This document shows positions 38,433 through 44,794 of a stretch of DNA of 44,794 bases, piece after piece. Every line of letters starts with the position of its first letter. Positions within the stretch are counted from its first letter, which is position 1. Origin of the DNA: Nitrospiria bacterium (GTDB lineage: Bacteria; Nitrospirota; Nitrospiria; SBBL01; JAADHI01). The DNA lies in the NCBI GenBank assembly GCA_046756725.1, contig JBHHWW010000001.1, positions 1-44,794 on the forward strand. Reading direction: 5' to 3'. The notes below the pieces were generated by a model. That model was given only the letters and a program-made list of their open reading frames with translations, had not been told where the DNA came from and did not search any database. A program made the translations under genes and the position numbers.

Positions 38433-39179
38433 ATGAAATTACCTCTAATTGTTAAGGCCACAGCCACTGAATTAGGAATCTACGCTTTTTTAAAATTGGG
38501 GATGCCTCTTTTTACGAGTCCTCTTCCTTCCAGTGTTGTCTTTATGTACATGACCTTGGCGACGATATCGATCCTGGTCTACGTTTCGATTTATGAGGAT
38601 GACTTTAATAACTTTTATGTTCCGATTACTTCGTTTATTCGTGGAAATGCGGAAGACAATGCCGGTCGGAAAATGAGCCGTGCAGCCGTATTGATCATGA
38701 TTCCTCTCTTTTTCGGTTTTCGTTCATATCAGAGTGTACAGCCTAATTATGAGCCTCCTTTTCCGCAACGTGTCATTCATCCCGCGCCTCCTGGTTCGGC
38801 CGCAGGATTTACGAATCCCTACGGAGATGACGAGGCAAATCATGAAGCATTTGTTCAAGAGGGGAGAGATGTCTACTATCGCAATTGTGTTTTTTGTCAC
38901 GGCGACAAACTGGATGGAAAAGGTTTATTCGCCCATGCGTTGAATGTTAAACCAGCGAATTTTGCAGATTCAACAACGATTTCAATGCTGATGGAATCCT
39001 TTGTTTTTTGGCGTGTCAAGACGGGAGGCATCGGGTTGCCTGAAGAATCGACTCCGTGGGATTCTGCGATGCCGAGATGGGAATTGATTTTATCGGAAGA
39101 GGAAAGATGGAAAGCCATTATGTTTTTATATGACTATACGGGTTGGAAACCACGGACTTGGGAATTAGATGCGGAGTGA
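38433..39179 (+). CDS. Membrane-anchored (about 3 TM) monohaem c-type cytochrome
   Basis: The N-terminal hydrophobic segments are followed by CVFCHGDKLDG and distal SAMPRW. It starts 2 nt after the upstream stop. Confidence 0.8.
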   Translation: MKLPLIVKATATELGIYAFLKLGMPLFTSPLPSSVVFMYMTLATISILVYVSIYEDDFNNFYVPITSFIRGNAEDNAGRKMSRAAVLIMIPLFFGFRSYQSVQPNYEPPFPQRVIHPAPPGSAAGFTNPYGDDEANHEAFVQEGRDVYYRNCVFCHGDKLDGKGLFAHALNVKPANFADSTTISMLMESFVFWRVKTGGIGLPEESTPWDSAMPRWELILSEEERWKAIMFLYDYTGWKPRTWELDAE

Positions 39180-40747
39180 ATAAGTTGTTTATTGTTAGTA
39201 GGGAGAATATTAGTCTATTGGCCTTCTTAACGCTCCTGATTCTATTTGGATGGGCGCCCTTTGTTCTGACTGATGAAGAAGAACTTCCTCCTCAGGTTGC
39301 CGAGCAAGAAGCGCTCCCGACTGATGATCTTGCTGCCGGTAAAAAGATTTACGAAAAACGATGCATCTCATGCCATGGGGACGAAGGGGACGGAGACGGG
39401 CCCGCTGCGGACAGGTTCCAGCCAAAGCCTCGAAGCTTTAAAAAGGCCGAGTATAAATATCGGACGACACCCCGGGGTGCGCTTCCGACTGATGATGATC
39501 TTTTTAAAGTCATCACAAATGGACTTCCCGGTACTGGAATGCCTGACTGGGCGGATGTATTAACTGAAAAGAATAGGCATCAGGTTATTAAATATATCAA
39601 AACTTTTTCTGACAAATGGGAAAAACAGGAAGGTTCGCCTGAAGTTGTAAAAATTGGGAAAATGGTGCCTTCCAGTCCAGAAAGCATAGAAAGAGGAAAG
39701 AATCAATTCAAAACATTGGGATGTAATCTTTGTCATGGTGTAGAAGGAAGGGGGGATGGACCAACGTCTTCTTCGTTGAAAAATCACCGGGGAGATCCTG
39801 TTTATCCAAGAAACCTTAGCAAGAATTGGTTGTTCAGAGGAGGGGGTGAGGCTGAGAATATCTACATGCGGTTTAATACAGGCCTGAATGGGACACCCAT
39901 GCCCTCATTTAGTAAAGCCCTAGATAATGAGAAGAGTTGGGATTTAGCAAATTATGTCCGTTCCCTCTCTCCTCCTAAAAAGCCCGAGAGAGGCTCAATG
40001 GTGAACTCTCTTCGAACCGAGGGGCCTGTTCCAACCGATCCTGACGATCCCCTTTGGCTGGAAGCTGGGCCCAATTGGTTTCCGATGATGGGGCAAATTT
40101 CCTTTAAGAAAAGACTTTTTACCCCCTCAGTTACGGATATAACAGTAAAATCGATCTTCAATGAAAAGGAGATTGGATTCCTGTTGACTTGGGATGACAG
40201 AAGCAAGAGTAAGGTGAGCAAGCCAGGGGCGAAAAAACAAATTTATAGTGACCAGGTTGCGATTCAGTTTCCAGAGAAGCTACAGCCCGGAGGGGTTAAA
40301 AAGCCTTACTTTATCATGGGTGATGAGAAATTAGGCGTGAACTTATGGTATTGGTCGGCCGACGATAACCGGTTTTTTGAGACCAATGCAAACGGGGTTT
40401 GGAACAATAGTGAAGTGGAGCAGGGCAACTCGGACATTACAGGAAAAGGCTATTACAAAGATGGGCAATATCGTGTCGTAATAAAACGATCTTTACAGAC
40501 AGCGGATAAAGAGAAAGATATTCAATTTGAGCAAGGGGTTTTTTACCCCATTGCTTTTTTTGCGATGGATGGAACCAATGGTGAGACGGGTTCGAAGAGG
40601 TCTATTACGCCATGGTATTTTGTCTTTATGGAGCCGGAATTTGATACGAGTGTTTATATCTTTCCGCCAATGGTCATACTGCTTGCTTTCTGTGTCGAAT
40701 TCGTCCTAGTAAAAATCTTGAAAAAGAATCACAAAAAGACAAGCTAG
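39176..40747 (+). CDS. Dihaem cytochrome c fused to an EB_dh/DOMON-like haem-binding domain, with a C-terminal TM anchor
   Basis: CISCHGDEGDGDG and CNLCHGVEGRGDG. The next part, ...DQVAIQFPEK...PYFIMGDEKLGVNLWYWSADD...GQYRVVIKRSL...IAFFAMDG, resembles the gamma-subunit haem b domain of ethylbenzene dehydrogenase/Nar-type enzymes. The C-terminal helix is IFPPMVILLAFCVEFVLV. The start is ambiguous (TTG 39143, GTG 39176, TTG 39185). Confidence 0.75.
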   Translation: MNKLFIVSRENISLLAFLTLLILFGWAPFVLTDEEELPPQVAEQEALPTDDLAAGKKIYEKRCISCHGDEGDGDGPAADRFQPKPRSFKKAEYKYRTTPRGALPTDDDLFKVITNGLPGTGMPDWADVLTEKNRHQVIKYIKTFSDKWEKQEGSPEVVKIGKMVPSSPESIERGKNQFKTLGCNLCHGVEGRGDGPTSSSLKNHRGDPVYPRNLSKNWLFRGGGEAENIYMRFNTGLNGTPMPSFSKALDNEKSWDLANYVRSLSPPKKPERGSMVNSLRTEGPVPTDPDDPLWLEAGPNWFPMMGQISFKKRLFTPSVTDITVKSIFNEKEIGFLLTWDDRSKSKVSKPGAKKQIYSDQVAIQFPEKLQPGGVKKPYFIMGDEKLGVNLWYWSADDNRFFETNANGVWNNSEVEQGNSDITGKGYYKDGQYRVVIKRSLQTADKEKDIQFEQGVFYPIAFFAMDGTNGETGSKRSITPWYFVFMEPEFDTSVYIFPPMVILLAFCVEFVLVKILKKNHKKTS

Positions 40748-40810
40748 GAAAAAATACTTCTGTTGTAGAGGCAAAGGTAAGAGATAATCTATAGTCGTGA
40801 AAAGAGCAGT

Positions 40811-41305
40811 GTGATTAAAAATGCTGTCATTATCCTGCTCATTCTATTGGGTTCTGTGGGCCCACTTTTAGCGACGCATGAGGCGGATCATCGATATGTT
40901 CTGTCAGGTTATGTAAGAGACACAAGTGGCATTCCCCTATCTGAGGTGACGGTCTTTTTGGAACATAAAGGGGGAGAAAAAAAGAGTATAAAAACAAATA
41001 ACGACGGTTACTATGAAATTCTTTTTCACCTACATAATAGTAATCTTGGGGATCAAATAATTGTTAAGTATGGAGAGAATAAAATAAAACACAGAGTTGA
41101 GTTTGATCCTGATGATAAGTTCACGAATAGAGGCGCGGAATTAAATTTTGGTGCACCTGGGAAGGAAAGTGGAAATTTTTGGATTTATTTGACTGGGGGC
41201 GGCATCCTTGTTTTTCTCCCCTTTGTGTATAGAGGTTTCTTCGGGAAAAAAAAGGTTGTAGGTAAGGTTTCGGCAGAAAAAAAACGAAGAAGAAAGAAAT
41301 CGTAA
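40811..41305 (+). CDS. Secreted CarboxypepD_reg-like beta-sandwich protein with a C-terminal TM helix and polybasic tail
   Basis: Signal peptide, then YVLSGYVRDTSGIPLSEVTVFLEHKGGEKKSIKTNNDGYYEI. A TM segment FWIYLTGGGILVFLPFVY follows. The tail is KKKVVGKVSAEKKRRRKKS. Confidence 0.6.
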   Translation: MIKNAVIILLILLGSVGPLLATHEADHRYVLSGYVRDTSGIPLSEVTVFLEHKGGEKKSIKTNNDGYYEILFHLHNSNLGDQIIVKYGENKIKHRVEFDPDDKFTNRGAELNFGAPGKESGNFWIYLTGGGILVFLPFVYRGFFGKKKVVGKVSAEKKRRRKKS

Positions 41306-41341
41306 GGTTGGTATGGAATGTGACGATGGAGGTTGTGAAAG

Positions 41342-41893
41342 ATGAGCCCGGTAGAGAGTAGCGATGAAGATGTCAGCCGTCGACGCTTCTTTACCCTGAT
41401 GGGGTTGGGTGTCGGATGGGGTGGTGTGGCAGCGGCTTTGGGAGGCGTGGGTGTTGGTGCGGCACGCTATATGTTTCCGTCTGTGGTTTATGAACCACCC
41501 ACTGTATTTAAAATAGGGCTTCCCAGCGATTATGGAATCGGAACCGATACGAAACTCAAAAAAGAACGACAGATTTGGGTTGTGCGCAATACTAAGGGGA
41601 TCTATGTTCTGGTCGCAATCTGTCGGCATTTGGGATGTACCCCGAACTATTTTAATGATCAACAATTGTTTCGGTGTCCCTGCCATGGCAGTATCTACGA
41701 TATTTATGGCAATGTCCTTGGCGGACCGGCACCGCGCACTTTGTGGCGTACAGCAATTTCTATTGACCCCGTCGATGGACAGATTGTCGTCGATTTTAAT
41801 CGTAGGCAAGATCCCGATCCGAAAGGAACAGAAGAAGGACTGATGGTGGATGAGGCAAGCAGAGAAGTCGAGCCCTTCTTTTTAAGGGTTTAG
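41342..41893 (+). CDS. Rieske [2Fe-2S] subunit with a Tat signal
   Basis: Twin-arginine [12 protein letters not shown]. Cluster boxes are CRHLGC and CPCHGS. GGAGG lies upstream of the ATG. Confidence 0.93.
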   Translation: MSPVESSDEDVSRRRFFTLMGLGVGWGGVAAALGGVGVGAARYMFPSVVYEPPTVFKIGLPSDYGIGTDTKLKKERQIWVVRNTKGIYVLVAICRHLGCTPNYFNDQQLFRCPCHGSIYDIYGNVLGGPAPRTLWRTAISIDPVDGQIVVDFNRRQDPDPKGTEEGLMVDEASREVEPFFLRV

Positions 41894-41915
41894 TTGTCAT
41901 GAGGAGCAAGGCAGG

Positions 41916-42686
41916 ATGTTGAAATTACTTCAGCAGATTCGCGCAGTAATTAATAAAACACAGGTATGGAAGTCCATTTTTCGACATGGTTATCCGGATA
42001 ACGATGGTAATCGCGCATTGGTGATGTTCAGCAATGTAATTTTACATCTCCATCCGGTTCGTATTCGACGAGGTGCCCTGAAAATAAAATTTACCTGGTG
42101 TTTGGGGGGGCTCACTTTTTTCTTCTTTATTCTTCTCGCGATTACGGGTGTATTCCTGATGTTCTATTACGTCCCGGATACGAACCGTGCTTACAATAAC
42201 ATTCGGGATTTGGGGACCGTTATCTTTTTTGGTGATTTATTTCGGAGTCTTCATCGCTGGTCTGCGCATGCGATGGTGCTGTTTGTCTGGTTGCATATGA
42301 CGCGGGTGTTTTTAACGGGTTCTTACAAACCTCCCAGAGAGTTTAACTGGGTTGTCGGGGTGATCTTGTTAGCAACAACACTGGTGTTAAGTTGGACGGG
42401 GTATCTTTTGCCGTGGGATCAGTTGGCCTTGTGGGCTGTGACGGTCGGAAGCAAAATGGCGGAAGCGTCTCCACTCATTGGAAAGGCGGGGCCATTTGGG
42501 CCGGAGTTAGGGATGACAGCCGATAATGATATTACCTTTGCCTTACTTGGGGGAACGGTTGTTGGTCAGAGTGCTCTGCTTCGTTTCTATGTCCTTCACT
42601 GTCTCGCTTTGCCGTTAGTGACTGCTCTTTTTATAGCCGTTCATTTTTGGAGAATCCGGAAGGACGGATTCTCGGGTCCATTATAA
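41916..42686 (+). CDS. Cytochrome b6-type (split) cytochrome b, N-terminal haem-binding subunit
   Basis: The His pairs are [15 protein letters not shown] (13 residues between ligands) and [16 protein letters not shown] (14 between). WCLGG matches the b6 YCLGG Cys. The C-terminus RKDGFSGPL is close to b6 RKQGISGPL. Confidence 0.93.
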   Translation: MLKLLQQIRAVINKTQVWKSIFRHGYPDNDGNRALVMFSNVILHLHPVRIRRGALKIKFTWCLGGLTFFFFILLAITGVFLMFYYVPDTNRAYNNIRDLGTVIFFGDLFRSLHRWSAHAMVLFVWLHMTRVFLTGSYKPPREFNWVVGVILLATTLVLSWTGYLLPWDQLALWAVTVGSKMAEASPLIGKAGPFGPELGMTADNDITFALLGGTVVGQSALLRFYVLHCLALPLVTALFIAVHFWRIRKDGFSGPL

Positions 42687-42711
42687 ACAAACGATTTGAT
42701 TGAGGAAGTCT

Positions 42712-43572
42712 ATGTCAGAGAAATCTTCAGGTTCCGCGGCTACCGCAACAGAAACCCCGTCGAAATCTTTAGCCGAAATGATCAAGAGGACTGCTAAAGA
42801 AAAAATTGGGCCGGAAGACACAGTCTTGGTATGGCCAAACCTGGTTTACCTAGAATTAATTTCCATGCTTTTTGCCTTGGCAATTTTGTTATTCCTTTGC
42901 TTGTATTCTCCCGCACCATTGGAAGAGCTCGCAAGTGCCGATACGACGCCAAATCCGACGAAGGCGCCTTGGTATTTTCTAGGATTGCAGGAACTGCTTG
43001 TTTATTTTGATCCCTGGCTTGCCGGGGTTGTCCTGCCGTCTCTGATTATCGTCGGACTTATTCTGATTCCGTATATTGATCCAAACCCCAAGGGGAAGGG
43101 GTATTATTGTTTTTCTGAAAGGAAGTTTTCTGTCTTGGGTTTTAGTTTTGGATTAGCACTCTGGTATATTTTGATCGTGATTGGGGTCTGGTTCAGAGGG
43201 CTTGATTGGTCCTGGTATTGGCCGTGGGATGATCCACATTTCCATCAACCAGCAGGTGCTGTTAAGCTGGTTGATCTGCAGGTGATTATCCAGAGTGCGC
43301 TCGGGTTGAGTGAAAACCCGATCGTTACCCTGGGGCGTTATGCGATAACGATCGCAAATATGATCACTTGGGCGATATTTTTAGGATATTATGCCATTGG
43401 TTTTACAATCCCTGCTATTTTTATGCGGAGCTTTTATAATCGTTTGGGGTTCGTCAGGTACAATTTGACCATGGTCATGTTTCTATCCATGATGGGCGTT
43501 CCTTTAAAAATCTTTGTTCGCTTATTGGCGGATATTAAGTATGTGCTTGTGACACCTTGGTTTAATATTTAA
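42712..43572 (+). CDS. Subunit IV-like / cytochrome b C-terminal subunit with extra C-terminal helices
   Basis: PetD-like core WPNLVYLEL...TKAPWYFLGLQELLVYF...LILIPYID. At about 286 aa it is much longer than the roughly 160-aa subunit IV. The ATG at 42712 is preceded by GAGGAAG. Confidence 0.85.
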   Translation: MSEKSSGSAATATETPSKSLAEMIKRTAKEKIGPEDTVLVWPNLVYLELISMLFALAILLFLCLYSPAPLEELASADTTPNPTKAPWYFLGLQELLVYFDPWLAGVVLPSLIIVGLILIPYIDPNPKGKGYYCFSERKFSVLGFSFGLALWYILIVIGVWFRGLDWSWYWPWDDPHFHQPAGAVKLVDLQVIIQSALGLSENPIVTLGRYAITIANMITWAIFLGYYAIGFTIPAIFMRSFYNRLGFVRYNLTMVMFLSMMGVPLKIFVRLLADIKYVLVTPWFNI

Positions 43573-43593
43573 CTTTCTTGGATGAGGTTCTAA

Positions 43594-43734
43594 ATGGATG
43601 ATCTATGGGCTTATCCCTATCGTTTGGGGATTGGAATCTTCATTGTGGTCGGGACTATCCTCCTGACTGGGGGTTTTGTTGCTTTTACTGCCTGGCTTGA
43701 ACATGATTTTAAAAAGGATAAATCGAAAAAGTAG
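43594..43734 (+). CDS. Unlisted 46-aa single-TM peptide, candidate small subunit of the Rieske/cyt b complex
   Basis: ATG at 43594 with GAGG 7 nt upstream. The translation is MDDLWAYPYRLGIGIFIVVGTILLTGGFVAFTAWLEHDFKKDKSKK*, with one hydrophobic helix and a basic tail. It is too short to appear in the supplied ORF track and fills the gap between subunit IV and the tetrahaem c gene. Confidence 0.5.
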   Translation: MDDLWAYPYRLGIGIFIVVGTILLTGGFVAFTAWLEHDFKKDKSKK

Positions 43735-43793
43735 GTACCCTTATACAACAGCTTAATAGATATTGAAGTGTTGAAGAGGAGAACGATCGGTAT

Positions 43794-44714
43794 ATGGTAA
43801 AGCATTTTGTTTTTGCGGTTTCAAGTGTTCTTGTAGTTTTTCAGCTAGGCATCTTTGTTTATAAATATGAAACAGCCGAATGGAGAACCTATCAATCGAC
43901 CTATTATCAAAAACTTTCCGAGGTCGTAAATCAGCCGAGCATTGCAGAGACCCCTCTTAAGGTTGATCAAATCTGGGATAAAAATCTCAATCGACCGGAT
44001 CGTTGTACGACTTGTCATGGTGGAATTGCAAATCCGGCTTTTGAGAGTGAGTCACAACCTTACAAAGTCCATCCACATTTTAAAGACAAGGGTTTTATTT
44101 CGAAGCATCCATTTGAGAAATTCGGGTGCACCATTTGCCACGAAGGAAATGGGCAGGCCGTTACTGTGGCTGCAACGCATGGTGTTGTTCATCATCTAGA
44201 TCGGCAGTTGTTGACGGGTCCCTATGTTCAGGCTTCCTGTACAAAATGTCATTATGAACTTCATTCCCGCGATGTCTATTGGCCTGAGGCAGATGTTCTC
44301 ATGAAAGGGAAGCAACTTGCTTATGAGTTGGGATGTGGCGCTTGTCATGCAATTCGACAATTTGGCACAAACCCGACTGTTGCGCCTGAAATTTCAAATA
44401 TGGGAAGTAAAACAGAACTCGCTTTTTCTCTTGTCCATGATTTTACACATCTTGAATCAGAAGATCATCTGACGCGTGTTTGGGAATTTGAACACTTCAA
44501 AGATCCGCAAAAAATTGTTCCCGGTAATCCTGATGCGGAAGATCCAAAAGAACGCACTTCGCCTACTATTATGCCAGATTGGGATTTGACGGATGAAGAA
44601 GCCACTGCATTGACTGTTTTCGTGATGTCGCTCAGGGACCCTCAAGTTGAAAATATTCCGAGATCCTACTTTCCAAAGATTGATAGCCACGAAGGCTTCC
44701 TTCAGTACAGATAG
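43794..44714 (+). CDS. Membrane-anchored tetrahaem c-type cytochrome
   Basis: N-terminal TM FAVSSVLVVFQLGIFVY. Haem motifs are CTTCH, CTICH, CTKCH and CGACH. GAGGAG lies upstream of the ATG. Confidence 0.85.
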   Translation: MVKHFVFAVSSVLVVFQLGIFVYKYETAEWRTYQSTYYQKLSEVVNQPSIAETPLKVDQIWDKNLNRPDRCTTCHGGIANPAFESESQPYKVHPHFKDKGFISKHPFEKFGCTICHEGNGQAVTVAATHGVVHHLDRQLLTGPYVQASCTKCHYELHSRDVYWPEADVLMKGKQLAYELGCGACHAIRQFGTNPTVAPEISNMGSKTELAFSLVHDFTHLESEDHLTRVWEFEHFKDPQKIVPGNPDAEDPKERTSPTIMPDWDLTDEEATALTVFVMSLRDPQVENIPRSYFPKIDSHEGFLQYR

Positions 44715-44794
44715 ATTTACCTCTGTATTTTCTCCTTGTTTTTCTCATCTTGAAGTGCCAGTACCAAACTCGTAGATATTTGCGCGAGTCTAGG

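Noticed and set aside
39176-40747. Calling the EB_dh-like dihaem protein an NxrC/NarI-type subunit of nitrite oxidoreductase or nitrate reductase
   Set aside because: The window contains no Mo-bisPGD alpha or Fe-S beta subunit gene. Domain resemblance alone does not justify that functional name.
41141-41809. 222-aa ORF antisense to the CarboxypepD_reg-like and Rieske genes
   Set aside because: It overlaps two plus-strand genes with clear motifs (Tat signal, CRHLGC/CPCHGS). It has no recognisable domain or RBS.
43617-43805. 62-aa minus-strand ORF between the subunit IV and tetrahaem c genes
   Set aside because: It is antisense to an otherwise uniformly plus-strand operon, and I saw no RBS. 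The plus strand here encodes a better-supported 46-aa TM peptide with a GAGG RBS.
1-44794. CRISPR arrays, tRNA/rRNA genes, transposases, integrases, phage or defence-system genes
   Set aside because: Reading the intergenic regions (2974-3159, 5146-5266, 7938-8121, 11173-11524, 29178-29838, 33180-33318, 43573-43793) showed no regularly spaced direct repeats or cloverleaf-like segments. No ORF translation carried DDE, tyrosine-recombinase or nuclease-type motifs that I could recognise.

Overview
A 44.8-kb bacterial chromosomal segment with intermediate GC by eye. I recognised no rRNA, tRNA, CRISPR array, transposase or integrase. All family calls come from motifs read in the supplied translations; no database search was run.

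Layout:
- 1-8100: mixed housekeeping and accessory genes. These are a degenerate ferredoxin-domain fragment, a J-domain protein, an ATP-grasp ligase, an NfuA-like Fe-S carrier, an EcsC-like protein, a PAP2 lipoprotein phosphatase, a TPR protein, a BaiN/HI0933 flavoprotein and a universal stress protein.
- 8122-11172: guaB-guaA.
- 11525-22502: a same-strand envelope cluster. It holds a frameshifted Ser/Thr kinase with a PEGA domain and three paralogous TPR proteins sharing a CsgG/TolB-N-like module. It also holds a 1365-aa lipoprotein (beta-helix, InlB-B-like repeats, 7-bladed SBBP propeller) and a TPR + outer-membrane beta-barrel protein of Slam/DUF560-like architecture.
- 22571-29177, minus strand: a complete trpEGDCFBA operon.
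- 29178-29838: a 660-bp non-coding region with a near-consensus promoter and a structured leader.
- 29839-44714: a 15-kb, 14-gene respiratory cluster. It combines 15 CxxCH haem motifs, two orphan complex-I/Mrp antiporter-like subunits, a CydA-like 'bd-like' oxidase fused to cytochrome c (no CydB), and a dihaem c fused to an EB_dh-like haem domain. It also holds a b6-type Rieske/cytochrome b complex with a tetrahaem c.

The respiratory cluster is the strongest candidate for an uncharacterised system, and the envelope cluster is second. The gene content resembles Nitrospirota/Nitrospinota-type chemolithotrophs, but that affiliation is inference only.
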